Assembly: GCA_038230375.1 (NCBI GenBank)
Contig: JBBRNJ010000018.1
Span: 32,001 to 96,000, forward strand
Direction of reading: 5' to 3'
Length of the DNA stretch: 64,000 bases
DNA from: Polyangiales bacterium
Lineage (GTDB): Bacteria; Myxococcota_A; Polyangia; Polyangiales; Polyangiaceae
Part shown: positions 1 through 10,198 of the stretch, piece by piece
Numbering within the stretch: the first letter of the stretch is position 1
Layout: each line of letters opens with the position of its first letter
Notes under the pieces: generated by a model
Told to the model about the DNA's origin: nothing
Seen by the model: only the letters and a program-made list of their open reading frames with translations
Database searches by the model: none
Program-made: the position numbers and the translations under genes

Positions 1-713
1 GACTCACGTCCATCGCTCGTGCAGATCTCGAGGGTCACGTGAAGGGCTGCGATGCCTGCAAGCACGAGGAGGCGATCGACTCCGTGCTCGACGTGGCGCT
101 CTCCAAGCTCACCGCGGAGCCAGCTGCGGCAGACGCAGTGAAGGGCGCGCGGTTGCCGCCGCTTCGCTCCCGTCTGGACGCTGCCCACGCCGAGGTACGC
201 ACCAGCGTGCGGCGCCGCATGTTCTGGGGTCTCTTCGGGCTCACGGCGCTCGGCGTTGCGGTCGTGCTCTTCCCGCGCGGCTACGTCGAGACGGACCCGC
301 TCGTGCGCGAGGCCGTGAACGATCACGTCCGCGTGCTCACGGCAAAGGCGCCGGTAGAGGCGGCGGGCGACTCCGTCGAGAAGGTCTTGCCGCAGCTCGC
401 GGGTCGCCTGGACTTCGCGCCAGCGAACGCGTTCGGCGGTGACGGTGAGACCAGGCTCACAGGCGCGAGCGTGGCGTACTTCATCGACCGAAACGCGGCT
501 GCGTTCATCTACCAGCGCGAGACGCACACCGTGACGGTGCTGGTCTTCCGCGCCGATGGTCTTCCGTGGCGCGGCAACGGTTCACGCTACGCCGTCACGA
601 AGCAGGGCTATCGCGCAGTCCTCTTTCGCCACGCAGACCTTGGCTACGCGGTCGTGTCCGACCTCTCGGAGGCGGCGCTGATCAGCATCGCAGCGAAGGT
701 CGACTCGCCGTAG
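1..713 (+). CDS. Membrane-anchored zinc-binding anti-sigma factor (zf-HC2/ZAS), 5'-truncated by the window edge
   Basis: Frame is open from the window start: ...LEGHVKGCDACK (HxxxCxxC ZAS motif), one TM helix (MFWGLFGLTALGVAVVLF), then a periplasmic domain. Confidence 0.8.
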   Translation, partial: LTSIARADLEGHVKGCDACKHEEAIDSVLDVALSKLTAEPAAADAVKGARLPPLRSRLDAAHAEVRTSVRRRMFWGLFGLTALGVAVVLFPRGYVETDPLVREAVNDHVRVLTAKAPVEAAGDSVEKVLPQLAGRLDFAPANAFGGDGETRLTGASVAYFIDRNAAAFIYQRETHTVTVLVFRADGLPWRGNGSRYAVTKQGYRAVLFRHADLGYAVVSDLSEAALISIAAKVDSP

Positions 714-730
714 CGAGGGAGCGGAAGGCT

Positions 731-1927
731 TCAGGGACCGGCCGCGATCCATTCCTGAAAGCGCATCAGGCCGCCCGTGTCGACCTTGTGCGAGACGATG
801 GGCGGCATCTGCTCCACGCTCACTGGAAGGACGCGATTCCCCGCGAGGATGAACACGCCGGATGTCGATGGGTCACCAGAGGTGATGCGGTTCGGTGTGG
901 CGCCGTCGAGCGCGCCCGCATCGGCAAGGACGTGGCTCATGGGCACGCCAACGGTCGTGACGTACGAGTCCAGCATGTTCACGGGCGTGGGCGTGAGCGT
1001 CAGGACGTCGCTCGCGTGTAGGCGCAGGAACATCCCGGTGAACGCGGCGGGCGCGGTCGGGCGGTTGTTGTGGCAGGTGGTACCGCAGTTCGCGTGCATC
1101 ACGCCCAGCGCGAGCGTCGCGAAGTTGGTCGCGTCGTTGGCGATCTGGCCCTGCGTGATGGCCGGTGGGTTCGTGAGCAGGTTGGCGGTCTTGAGCGAGT
1201 CGAGCGTCACGCCCGTGGCGGCGGCCAACGAGAGGCTCACGGCCTCGACGCCGAGCAGCGTGTCCGACGCGCCGTCGTGGCAGGCCGCGCACAGGAACTG
1301 CTTGGGGACCTCGTAGTTGTCAGTGCCCGGGACCGGGAAGAGACCGTCGTCCTTCCGGATGGCGTCACTGTCGGTCGCGTCCCAGAGGTAGGTGGTCTTC
1401 TGCCAGTTCGATGCGGACACCTTCTCGAGGAGGCGCGTCTCGACACGCTTGCCTGCGACCTTGAACTCCTTCCACGCCCTGGTGCCGATCGGGAACTTCC
1501 AGTTGTCCATGTCCGTCGTGTCGATCTGCTGGCCCGCGGGCAGGGAGAGCCAGCGCGACTTGTCGGCGCCGTCGCTCCAGAACGTGAGCGCGGGCTCGTA
1601 GGGCTTCGCGATGAGCGCGACCTTCTTCATGCCGATGTCGTCGTACAGGCCGGTGCAGGAGAGATGCGTGTAGATTCCACTTACTTTGTCCGCGGCGCAT
1701 CCGCCGCCGTCCTTGCCCGCGTCGAAGGCCGTCCCTGCGTCGTGCGCGCCCGAGTCCACGCCCATGCTGCCATCGTTGGTGCCGCCCGTGTCGGCGCTGG
1801 CGTCCTTCTGTCCAGAAGAGGAGTCGTCGCTACTGCACGCAGCGTACGTCGACGCGCTCACAAGGGCCGAGATCAGCAGGAACGCCCTTCGAGGCCAGGA
1901 ACCACGCCCGCTGTCAAAGCTACGCAT
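731..1927 (-). CDS. Exported c-type cytochrome lipoprotein, SO2930/HNE_0200-like
   Basis: Lipobox-like YAAC; D-A-G linker; [24 protein letters not shown]...RVETRLL motif; heme motifs CAACH and atypical CGTTCH; C-terminal QMPPI. Confidence 0.65.
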   Translation of the reverse strand: MRSFDSGRGSWPRRAFLLISALVSASTYAACSSDDSSSGQKDASADTGGTNDGSMGVDSGAHDAGTAFDAGKDGGGCAADKVSGIYTHLSCTGLYDDIGMKKVALIAKPYEPALTFWSDGADKSRWLSLPAGQQIDTTDMDNWKFPIGTRAWKEFKVAGKRVETRLLEKVSASNWQKTTYLWDATDSDAIRKDDGLFPVPGTDNYEVPKQFLCAACHDGASDTLLGVEAVSLSLAAATGVTLDSLKTANLLTNPPAITQGQIANDATNFATLALGVMHANCGTTCHNNRPTAPAAFTGMFLRLHASDVLTLTPTPVNMLDSYVTTVGVPMSHVLADAGALDGATPNRITSGDPSTSGVFILAGNRVLPVSVEQMPPIVSHKVDTGGLMRFQEWIAAGP

Positions 1928-1989
1928 GCCGCGATCATACCGTGGGACACTCCTTCACGCATCCGGGCCTTTCGGATATGGAGATGTCC

Positions 1990-2487
1990 ATGGCGGCGCT
2001 GGTCGGAGTGATCATGGGCTCTCGTTCCGACTGGGAAACCATGCAGCATGCATGTGACACCCTGTCGTCCCTCGGCATCGCGCACGAGGCGAAGGTGGTC
2101 TCCGCGCACCGCACGCCGGATCTCCTCTTCGCGTACGCGGAGTCTGCGGAGTCGCGTGGGCTCGTCGCCATCATCGCGGGCGCGGGCGGCGCTGCTCACC
2201 TGCCGGGCATGTGCGCGTCGAAGACGCTGGTGCCCGTGCTGGGCGTCCCCGTGGAGTCGAAGGTGCTTCGTGGCGTGGACTCGCTCCTCTCGATCGTGCA
2301 GATGCCTGCGGGCGTCCCGGTGGCCACGTTCGCGATCGGCAAGGCCGGCGCCATCAACGCTGCGCTCTTCGCCGCCGAGATGATCGCGCGCACGGACCCC
2401 GGCGTGAAGCAGCGGCTCGTCTTGCATCGCGAGAAGCAGACGGCGAGCGTCCTCGCGGAGTCGCTGCCACCGAAGGAGAGCGCGTGA
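1990..2487 (+). CDS. purE: N5-carboxyaminoimidazole ribonucleotide mutase
   Basis: [48 protein letters not shown] 6 nt before ATG 1990. Confidence 0.97.
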   Translation: MAALVGVIMGSRSDWETMQHACDTLSSLGIAHEAKVVSAHRTPDLLFAYAESAESRGLVAIIAGAGGAAHLPGMCASKTLVPVLGVPVESKVLRGVDSLLSIVQMPAGVPVATFAIGKAGAINAALFAAEMIARTDPGVKQRLVLHREKQTASVLAESLPPKESA

Positions 2488-3599
2488 CGATCGGCGTCCT
2501 CGGCGGAGGTCAGCTGGGGCGCATGCTTGCGCTCGCTGGTCTGCCCCTCGGGGAGCGCTTCGTGTTCATGGACCCCAGCAAGGAGGCCTGCGCCCGTCAC
2601 GTGGGCGACATGGTGACGGGCTCGTATGACGACGTCGGGCAGCTCGCGGAGCTCGCGCGTCGCAGCGACGTGGTCACGTACGAGTTCGAGAACGTCCCCG
2701 TGGCGTGCGCGCGCTTCCTCTCCGATCGCGTCACCGTGTATCCGCCGGCGCGCGCGCTGGAAGTGAGCCAGGATCGCTTCCTGGAAAAATCGTTCTTCGA
2801 GTCCGTAGGCGTGCCCACGGCGCCATTTGGGCCCGCGGAGACGCGCGAGGAGTTCGACGCGCAGGTGACGCGCATCGGCCTGCCTGCGGTCGTGAAGACG
2901 CGCCGCTTCGGGTACGACGGCAAGGGGCAGGCTGTGCTTCGCACGCCGGAGGACTGCGAAAAGGCATGGGCCGCGCTGGGCGCCGCGCCGCTGATCGTGG
3001 AGGCGTTCGTTCCGTTCGAGCGCGAGGCGTCGATCATCTGCGTGCGCAGCACGAAGGGGGAGACCCGCTTCTACCCGCTGGTCGAGAACGTGCACCGCGC
3101 TGGCATCCTGCGCGCGAGCTTCCCGGCGTCACCGCGGCTCGGCGAATCGCTCACGCGCGACGCGCAGGGGTTCGCCACGAAGGTGCTCGATGCCCTCTCG
3201 TACGTGGGCGTGCTCACGATCGAGTTCTTCGTGAAGGACGGCGCGCTGGTCGCGAACGAGATGGCGCCGCGCGTGCACAACTCGGGGCACTACAGCATAG
3301 AGGGCGCGGAGACGAGCCAGTTCGAGAACCACGTCCGCGCGCTCCTCGGTCTACCGCTGGGCGACACGCGCATGGTGGGCGAGGTCGCGATGCTCAACGC
3401 GATCGGCAAGATGCCTCCGAAGAAGGAGATCCTCGCAGAGGCGGGCGTGCACCTGCACGGCTACGGAAAGGACAGCGCGCCAGGGCGCAAGGTCGGTCAC
3501 GCGACGCTCCGCACGAACACGCGCGCGGAGCTACAGGTGCTGTTCGCGCGCACGCGTCAGTGGTTCGAGCTCGCAGAGGATCTCGAGTTCCCGGGCTAG
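2484..3599 (+). CDS. purK: N5-carboxyaminoimidazole ribonucleotide synthase (ATP-grasp)
   Basis: [49 protein letters not shown] overlap with purE stop. Confidence 0.97.
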   Translation: MTIGVLGGGQLGRMLALAGLPLGERFVFMDPSKEACARHVGDMVTGSYDDVGQLAELARRSDVVTYEFENVPVACARFLSDRVTVYPPARALEVSQDRFLEKSFFESVGVPTAPFGPAETREEFDAQVTRIGLPAVVKTRRFGYDGKGQAVLRTPEDCEKAWAALGAAPLIVEAFVPFEREASIICVRSTKGETRFYPLVENVHRAGILRASFPASPRLGESLTRDAQGFATKVLDALSYVGVLTIEFFVKDGALVANEMAPRVHNSGHYSIEGAETSQFENHVRALLGLPLGDTRMVGEVAMLNAIGKMPPKKEILAEAGVHLHGYGKDSAPGRKVGHATLRTNTRAELQVLFARTRQWFELAEDLEFPG

Positions 3600-3607
3600 C
3601 GAAGGCC

Positions 3608-3653
3608 AAAAAAGAAACGGCCGCGCGATCGCCGTGAGGCGCCACGCGGCCGT
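3608..3653 (-). terminator. Rho-independent terminator of the minus-strand gene 3673-3960
   Basis: Perfect 9-bp stem ACGGCCGCG (3617-3625)/CGCGGCCGT (3645-3653) followed on the minus strand by TTCTTTTTT. Confidence 0.75.
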
Positions 3654-3672
3654 CGAGGTGGCTGTGAAGGGC

Positions 3673-3960
3673 CTACTGAGATCCGCCGGCTGCGAGAATG
3701 CGCGTCGCGGTCGCCGCGATGTTCGTGGCGCTGGTCTGGAGCGCCGCAAGGGCAGTGCGGATTTCGGGCGTGATCGGGGGGCCCTGGCTAAGGAATTGCT
3801 CCACCTTCGACATGCGCGTCGCGATCTTGCCCGCGAAGAAGTTCGCCGCAGTCAGTCGCTTGAGGATGCGTGCGGTCTTGTCCGGGGGCGGCGCATCTGC
3901 CGTGTCGTCAGCGCTCAGATCGTTAAGCATGTCCTGGTCGGTCGCCATATCGAACTCCAT
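3673..3960 (-). CDS. Small helical hypothetical protein (~95 aa)
   Basis: MEFDMATDQDML...AAGGSQ; protein-like composition and its own terminator directly downstream; start may be 3948. Confidence 0.6.
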   Translation of the reverse strand: MEFDMATDQDMLNDLSADDTADAPPPDKTARILKRLTAANFFAGKIATRMSKVEQFLSQGPPITPEIRTALAALQTSATNIAATATRILAAGGSQ

Positions 3961-4076
3961 CTTGGTCGCGCAATGCGCGGCCGTCTCTTGTGTGGAACTG
4001 CGTGATCGCCCGGCCCCCTTCGTCGTACAGCACGCTATGGTCCAGCGACGGGGCAGGATGCTAGCATCGCCCGCCG

Positions 4077-6545
4077 ATGGGGGATCACCAAACGGATCGC
4101 CGTCCTGGCGAGGATGAAGACGCTCCGCGCACGATGGCCATCGCCGACGTGGTGCGCACGTGGTGGCGCGACACGGGCGTGTCCGTCCCTGGCGACGCCG
4201 CGCGGCGCGAAGCGACCGCAGCGACGGAGCGACCGCCCCCTCCTCCGCCACCCGTGCGCTTCACGGTGCTCCGTGAGCTCGGGCGCGGCGGCATGGGGCG
4301 CGTGGACGAGGTGTTCGATGCGGTCCTCGGGCGGCCGGTCGCGCAGAAGAGCGTGCTGCCCGGGGCCAGCATGCTCGCGACCACGCTGCTCGTCTCCGAG
4401 GCGCAGACGTGCGCGCAGCTCGAGCACCCGAGCATCGTCCCCGTCTACGATTTCGGGCCGTCTGCCACGGGTCACCCGCAGTACACGATGCGCCGCGTCC
4501 GAGGCCGCACCCTCCGCGAGGTGCTCGACACGACGTCGCTCGAGGCACCCCTCGCGACGCTCGCCCAGCGGCTGGGCGTCCTGCGCCAGGTTTGTCTCGC
4601 GGTCGCGTACGCGCACACGCGCGGGGTGGTCCATCGCGATCTCAAGCCCGACAACATCATCTGTGGCGAGTTCGGGGAGGTCTATGTGCTCGACTGGGGC
4701 ATCGCGCAGCTCGTCGAAGGAAGTGACGTCCAGCGGACCAAGCACGACGACGTGCAGGCCGGGAGCCCCGGATACATGGCTCCGGAGCAGGTGCTCGGTG
4801 GGCGGATCGAGCCCGGCACCGACGTGTTCGCGCTCGGCGCCATGCTCTACGAGATCGTCACGGGAGAGCGCGTGTTCGATGACGCGGACATGCCGAGCAT
4901 CCTCCGCCGCTGCACCACCGGCCTTGAGGCGCCGCCAAGCGTACGCAGCGCCCGCGCGCCTGGCGCGTTCGATTCTCTCGTCGCGCGCTGCCTCGAAAGG
5001 GATGCCGGCGAGCGGCCATCGGCCCGCGACGTCGCGAACGCGATCGATGCGTTCCTCGACGGCGAACGCGCACGCGTCGAGCGTGAAGCGGAGGCGGAGT
5101 CGTTCGCAGCGAACGGGGAGCGGGCGCGTGCAGCCTTCGAGACGCATCGGTCCTCTGCCGAGACCATGCGCAACGAGGCGCAGGCCGCGCTCCGAGAGAT
5201 ACCCGTGTGGTCGGCCGCGGACCAGAAGGCAGAGGCCTGGGATCTTGCCGAGCGCGCAGACGCTATCGCGAGGGACGCCGCCCGCGAACTCGCTCGTGCG
5301 CAGGCGGCCTTCGTCCACGCGCTCGGCCGCGTCCCCATACATGCCCGGGCGCGGCGCGGCCTCACCTCGTTGCACTACCGCCTCTTCGAGTCAGCCGAGG
5401 TGGACGGCGACGCGGATGCAATGGCACAACACCTGGAGTTGGCGCGCGGTTACGATGACGGCGAGTTCGCGCTGGAACTCGCGAACGAAGGGGTTCTCGT
5501 CATTGAGGCGTCCGCGCACGCCACGTTGACCGTTGCGCGCTACGAGAGGAGGGGTCCCCGGCTCGTCGCCTCGGATGCGGTGCCGATCCGAATCGGTGTG
5601 GAAACCGTTCTCCGCGCCGGCTCTTATCTCATCGTTGCTCGCGGCATCGGGCGCGAGGGCGACGAAGTCCGCTATCCGCTCCGGGTCCAGCGCGCGCGTC
5701 TCCATCGGCTGCGTGTGCGAATCCCTGATCGCGGGGAGGTTCCACCAGGGATGGTGTTCATTCCGGGCGGGCCGTTCCGCGCTGCCGTCGACGGCGACGC
5801 GTCAAGACGCAGCGAGAACGCGTTGCCTGACTTTGCGATCGGTCGATTTCCCGTCACGTTCAGCGAGTACACTGGATTTCTCGATGCCATCGGTGCTGAT
5901 TCTATGCGTCGTGTCCGCAGCGGCGACGATGCGTTCGTAGTGCGCAACGCACAGACTGGAGCCTGGAGCCTCACAGCGGACGCGATCGAGGGCGACGGCT
6001 GCGATCGCGTTCCGCGCGGTCGTGAACTCGAGGTGCCCGCCGTCGTCGTGTCCTGGTACGATGCTAGCGCGTACTCGAGGTGGCTCTCCAATCGCGACGG
6101 GATCGCCTATCGGCTGCCGACCGAGATGGAGTGGGAGAAAGCATTCCGTGGAGCGGATGGCAGGCGCTTCGCTATGGGCGACCAACTTGATCCGAGCTTC
6201 GCGAAGCTGCGTGAGTCCCGACCCGAGGCAGCGCAGCCCGAGGTCGTCGGCGCGTTTCCTCTCGACGAGTCCCCTCACGGCGTGCGCGATCTCACGGGCG
6301 GCGCCGGCGACTGGACCTCGACCATGGTCGATGGCGGCGCCCCGCCCAGCCTCGACGACGAGGGGTCTGTCGCCGATGCGCGCCAGGCGATCTGGAGAGG
6401 CGGCTGCTGGTGCACCACGGGGCTCACGACCCGGGCCACTGATTGGGTCTCGAGCCGCGTCCGCTGGGTTGGTTTCCGCACGGCAGTCTCTCTCGACTCG
6501 CGCGGGAGCTCTGAGCTCACCGTCGAGCCCATGCGGAGGAAATAG
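4077..6545 (+). CDS. Ser/Thr protein kinase fused to a C-terminal FGE-sulfatase (SUMF1-like) domain; no TM helix seen
   Basis: LGRGGMGRV, VAQK, HRDLKPDN, LDWG, GSPGYMAPEQ; C-terminal FPVTFSEY, RLPTEMEWEKA, SPHGVRDLTG, RGG..W, VGFR. Confidence 0.9.
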   Translation: MGDHQTDRRPGEDEDAPRTMAIADVVRTWWRDTGVSVPGDAARREATAATERPPPPPPPVRFTVLRELGRGGMGRVDEVFDAVLGRPVAQKSVLPGASMLATTLLVSEAQTCAQLEHPSIVPVYDFGPSATGHPQYTMRRVRGRTLREVLDTTSLEAPLATLAQRLGVLRQVCLAVAYAHTRGVVHRDLKPDNIICGEFGEVYVLDWGIAQLVEGSDVQRTKHDDVQAGSPGYMAPEQVLGGRIEPGTDVFALGAMLYEIVTGERVFDDADMPSILRRCTTGLEAPPSVRSARAPGAFDSLVARCLERDAGERPSARDVANAIDAFLDGERARVEREAEAESFAANGERARAAFETHRSSAETMRNEAQAALREIPVWSAADQKAEAWDLAERADAIARDAARELARAQAAFVHALGRVPIHARARRGLTSLHYRLFESAEVDGDADAMAQHLELARGYDDGEFALELANEGVLVIEASAHATLTVARYERRGPRLVASDAVPIRIGVETVLRAGSYLIVARGIGREGDEVRYPLRVQRARLHRLRVRIPDRGEVPPGMVFIPGGPFRAAVDGDASRRSENALPDFAIGRFPVTFSEYTGFLDAIGADSMRRVRSGDDAFVVRNAQTGAWSLTADAIEGDGCDRVPRGRELEVPAVVVSWYDASAYSRWLSNRDGIAYRLPTEMEWEKAFRGADGRRFAMGDQLDPSFAKLRESRPEAAQPEVVGAFPLDESPHGVRDLTGGAGDWTSTMVDGGAPPSLDDEGSVADARQAIWRGGCWCTTGLTTRATDWVSSRVRWVGFRTAVSLDSRGSSELTVEPMRRK

Positions 6546-6554
6546 CTCCGCCGG

Positions 6555-7370
6555 CTAGCGGCTCCCGTGGCTCGACTCGAACGCGCGATGCAGATCTAGG
6601 TCTGGCCCTTCTCGTGTCGCGAGTTCCTTCGCGCTGTAGCCCGAGAAGATGCGCGTCACCGTGATCACCTTCTTCGTGGACGTGAAGGTCGCTCGGAAAT
6701 CCTTCACCGCGATCTGCGGGACGCCGCTCTTCACGCGGATGCGGCGGTACGGGTGCGGTGCGGGGCCGAGCGCGAGCGCTTGCACGAGCGCCGCTCGCAG
6801 ATCGCGACCTCGTGACGACAGCCACTCAAGCGCGGGCTCCACGTCTGCCGCGAAGCGGACCTCCCACGCGCCGATCGGATCCGTAGCGACGCGATCACCG
6901 CCCGCGCCGCTCTCCGCGCGTGCACGCTCGGTCTCCTCGTCCTCCAGCCAGCCTGCGCGCGCGCCTGGGAACGCGTCCGCGTACGGGATGTACGGCTTGA
7001 TGTCGAGCACGGGCGTGCCCTCCAGGATGTCGAGATCCTTCACGTCCAGGCAGAGCCCGCGCACGCCCATGAGCCGCACCACCGTGAGCCCGATGGGATT
7101 GGGCCGGTGCGGTGAGCGCGTCGCGAGCACTCCTCGGCGAACCGAGCTCCGCGGTGGCAGCACCTTCGGCTTCCAGTTCTCGACCTGGTGGAAGTGGAAG
7201 AGGACGATGAGCCGCTCGAAGCCGTCTATGTCGGAGAGCGCGTGCAAGAAGCCGTCGCGCGGATAGAGCTCGATCACGCCCTCTGCCTCGAGCACGGTGC
7301 CCTGTCGCGGAGCCGTGCGCTTCTCCTTCCACGGGGAATGGACGACTCCGATGGGCTCGTAGCTGGGCAT
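6555..7370 (-). CDS. trmO: tRNA t6A37 N6-methyltransferase TrmO (TsaA/YaeB)
   Basis: PIGVVHSPW...APRQG, RGVLATRSPHRPNPIGLTVV, GTPVLDIKPYIPYAD; GGAG upstream of ATG 7370. Confidence 0.9.
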   Translation of the reverse strand: MPSYEPIGVVHSPWKEKRTAPRQGTVLEAEGVIELYPRDGFLHALSDIDGFERLIVLFHFHQVENWKPKVLPPRSSVRRGVLATRSPHRPNPIGLTVVRLMGVRGLCLDVKDLDILEGTPVLDIKPYIPYADAFPGARAGWLEDEETERARAESGAGGDRVATDPIGAWEVRFAADVEPALEWLSSRGRDLRAALVQALALGPAPHPYRRIRVKSGVPQIAVKDFRATFTSTKKVITVTRIFSGYSAKELATREGPDLDLHRAFESSHGSR

Positions 7371-7404
7371 GTTCGCTCCGTGCTGGTTATCCTGCCTTCC
7401 ACAC

Positions 7405-8517
7405 GTGGACAAGCGCGTCACCATCGTTCTCCTGATGCTCGCCACCATGCTCGCGGCGCTCGTTGCGTTTCCGCGCGCCGCCGCGGCTCACACGATGGGC
7501 CTGTCGACGGGACGCTACGAGGCCCACGATGCGCGCGTCGACGTGGAGATCGCCGTCGCGCGCGCGGAGCTGCTCGGGAGCTGCGGAAGCCTGGATCTGG
7601 ATCTCGACAGAACCATCTCGCCCGCGGAGCTCGCGAAGAGCCCGGACTGCCTTGGCCTCGCTCAGCGCCTCCTCGTGACCGCGGATGGCGCGCGCTGTGC
7701 TCCTTCGAAGGTCGACGCGGCGCTCACGGAGGCGGATGGCGCGCTCCTCCGGCTCTCCTTCACGTGCCCCGCGCGTCCCGTGCGCTTCGAGATCGACCTT
7801 GGCTGGCTCGCGAAGCTGCCGGCATCCCACAACCACGTGGCGCGCGCGAAGGGGAGGGAAGAGCGCGACCTTCTCCTCGATCCGACCAACACGCGCTTCG
7901 AGATCGAGCCGCCCGCCCCCGCGGCCGACGGCGCACGAAGCAGCACGAGCCCAAGCGCAGAGCGCCCGAACCTGTTCACGCTCGGCGTCACGCACATCCT
8001 CGGGACGAGCGGGCTCGACCACCTCGCGTTCCTGCTGGGCCTCGTGCTGGTGCCTGCTGCGTGGAGCAAGGGGACCGCGCGTGCGCTCTTCTTCGCCATC
8101 ACCGCGTTCTCGGTGGGACACACGGCGTCGCTCGCGCTCGCGATGTCCGGGGCGTTCGTGCCGGACGCGCGCTTCGTGGAGCCGCTCATCGCGATCTCCA
8201 TCGCGTGGGTGGGCGCGGAGAACGCGTTCACGAGCGCGGTGCGACGACGCACGTGGGTCACGCTTCCGTTCGGCTTCGTGCACGGCTTCGGCTTCGCTGC
8301 ATCGCTGCGCGAGGTGATGGGCAGCGGCGTCGGGCTTCCGCTCTTCACGTTCAACCTGGGCGTGGAGGTCGGGCAGGTGGCCGCGGTGCTGCCGATGCTC
8401 GCGCTCACGCTCGGACTCTCCCATGTCGGGCTGCTGGGGCAGTCCGTTCGTCGCGCGCTCAACATCGCTCTCGTTGTTGGCGGCATCGCGCTCGCGCTGG
8501 TACGGCTCGCGTCCTGA
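7405..8517 (+). CDS. HupE/UreJ family membrane protein
   Basis: Signal peptide ending AAAH; LGVTHILG..GLDHLAFL, TAFSVGHT, VEPLIAISI, FGFVHGFGFA, FNLGVEVGQ; start approximate. Confidence 0.85.
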   Translation: MDKRVTIVLLMLATMLAALVAFPRAAAAHTMGLSTGRYEAHDARVDVEIAVARAELLGSCGSLDLDLDRTISPAELAKSPDCLGLAQRLLVTADGARCAPSKVDAALTEADGALLRLSFTCPARPVRFEIDLGWLAKLPASHNHVARAKGREERDLLLDPTNTRFEIEPPAPAADGARSSTSPSAERPNLFTLGVTHILGTSGLDHLAFLLGLVLVPAAWSKGTARALFFAITAFSVGHTASLALAMSGAFVPDARFVEPLIAISIAWVGAENAFTSAVRRRTWVTLPFGFVHGFGFAASLREVMGSGVGLPLFTFNLGVEVGQVAAVLPMLALTLGLSHVGLLGQSVRRALNIALVVGGIALALVRLAS

Positions 8518-8632
8518 CGGCGTGTCGCGCACGCGCGCTCTCTTTGCCAAGTTGGCAGCCACCGCCCCTATCCGAGGAGCCCGCGATCGCCGAAATGGGC
8601 TGAAATCCCAGCTATCCGCGGAAGGATTTGCC

Positions 8633-8647
8633 TGGCACGCGCATTGA
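8633..8647 (+). promoter_or_regulatory. Putative sigma54 (-24/-12) promoter
   Basis: TGGCAC-GCGCA-TTGA vs consensus TGGCAC-N5-TTGC; predicted +1 falls near ATG 8660. Confidence 0.5.
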
Positions 8648-8659
8648 AGGACGACAGGC

Positions 8660-9262
8660 ATGAGGCTCCGTTCCATTGGTCGCAAGCTGACGTACGTGCT
8701 GGTCGGTGCGCTGGGCACGTACGTGGTGGAGCGCGTGCCGGACGCGCCGCCGCCTCGCTACATCAACGTTGACGTGCCAGCGGCGGAGGAGCCATCGCGC
8801 GCTGCCTTCCTGCACCAGATCGCACACCCGCCTCGACCCAGGGTGGATCAGCGGAGACTCCTGGCCGCGTTCGACGGCTCGGGGAGCTCCGAGATGGCGG
8901 TGCGCTGCGCCGATGACGGCTTCGACGTGGTCGAGCTGGGGCCGAACTACCGCGCCGTGCATCGCGCGTTCCTCGACTGCATGCTGGAGGACCAGTCGCA
9001 GCTCATGCGACACACGCGCATCATCCCCGTGCTGCACGATGGGCGCACGACGGGTGTCAGGATGTTCGGCGTCCGCGCTGGTGATGCGCTGTGGAAGCTC
9101 GGCTTCCGCAACGGTGACGAGCTGCGCGACGTGAACGAGTTTGACGTCACCACCCCAGACCACGCGCTCGAGGCCTACGCGCGCCTCCGGAGCTCGCCAG
9201 ACATGTCAGCAGGCATCGTCCGCGGCGGCGTGCCGATGCGCCTACGGTTCGTGATCTGCTGA
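8660..9262 (+). CDS. Short GspC-like (type II secretion protein C) PDZ protein
   Basis: N-terminal TM; TRIIPVLHDGRTTGVRMFGVRAG..LWKLGFRNGD...VNEFDVTTPDHALEAYARL resembles the GspC PDZ domain. Confidence 0.7.
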   Translation: MRLRSIGRKLTYVLVGALGTYVVERVPDAPPPRYINVDVPAAEEPSRAAFLHQIAHPPRPRVDQRRLLAAFDGSGSSEMAVRCADDGFDVVELGPNYRAVHRAFLDCMLEDQSQLMRHTRIIPVLHDGRTTGVRMFGVRAGDALWKLGFRNGDELRDVNEFDVTTPDHALEAYARLRSSPDMSAGIVRGGVPMRLRFVIC

Positions 9263-10198
9263 GCGTCGCGGCTGATTCGGCGAACGGGCAGCGGGGAGCA
9301 CCGAGCGGAAGATCACGGCGGAGAGGATGATCGCGCCTCCGATGAGCGCGTCGCGCGAAGGGCGCTCGCCGGTCGCGAGCAGCACCCACATGGGCGAGAG
9401 CACCGGCTCGATCATCGCGGTGAGAGAGCTCTCGAGCGCCGAGAGCGCGCGCACCGCCACTCCGTACAGCAGATAGGGCACCGCGATCTGCAGCGTGCCC
9501 AGCGCGGCGAGCACGGCCAGCTCCTTCCCCACAGCGGGCGGATCGCTCACCATGAACGGGGACGAAACGGCGGCGGCGATCACGTTGCCCAGGATCATCG
9601 CGAGCATCGGGCTCTCCGGCGATCGCCGTCCCAGCTTCGCGAGCGAGAGCTCCTCGCGCCGGATCGAGAGCGGCAGCCCCGCGAAGCCGAAGCTGGAGAT
9701 GGCGGCGACGATGTTCCCGAGCTTGCCCTCGGCCGAGAGCTCGCCGCGGAAGAAGAGCCCCATGCCGAGCACGCACGCCAACGTGGCTATGAGGTCCCGC
9801 GGGCGGACGCGTTCGCCAAGAAGAGGATGCGAGAGAAGCGCCACGTAGATCGGCGCGGTGTACTGGATGAAGATCGCGTTCGCAGCGGTCGTCTTCTTGG
9901 CCGCCACGCAGAACGAAACGACCATCACGGCGTAGGCCACCGCGCCTGCCCACACGAGCGGACGACGCAGGCACGCGCGAACACCGTCCCACGTGAGCAT
10001 GCGACCAGCGAGCACGGCGACCAGCATGAACGCGGCTGCGAAAGCGCTGCGATAGCCAGCGATGGACATGGCTCCCACGTGCAGGACCTTGACGCCCACG
10101 CCGCCCCCGCTCCACAGCACCGCGGCCATGGCGACGAGCAAGATGCCGGTGGTGCGCGAGACGGGCGCGCCGCGCGACGCGTCAGCTTGGCTCGACAC
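9242..10198 (-). CDS. DMT/EamA family transporter
   Basis: About 10 TM segments; AANAIFIQYTAPIYVALL, EPVLSPMWVLLATGERP. Confidence 0.9.
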   Translation of the reverse strand: MSSQADASRGAPVSRTTGILLVAMAAVLWSGGGVGVKVLHVGAMSIAGYRSAFAAAFMLVAVLAGRMLTWDGVRACLRRPLVWAGAVAYAVMVVSFCVAAKKTTAANAIFIQYTAPIYVALLSHPLLGERVRPRDLIATLACVLGMGLFFRGELSAEGKLGNIVAAISSFGFAGLPLSIRREELSLAKLGRRSPESPMLAMILGNVIAAAVSSPFMVSDPPAVGKELAVLAALGTLQIAVPYLLYGVAVRALSALESSLTAMIEPVLSPMWVLLATGERPSRDALIGGAIILSAVIFRSVLPAARSPNQPRRSADHEP

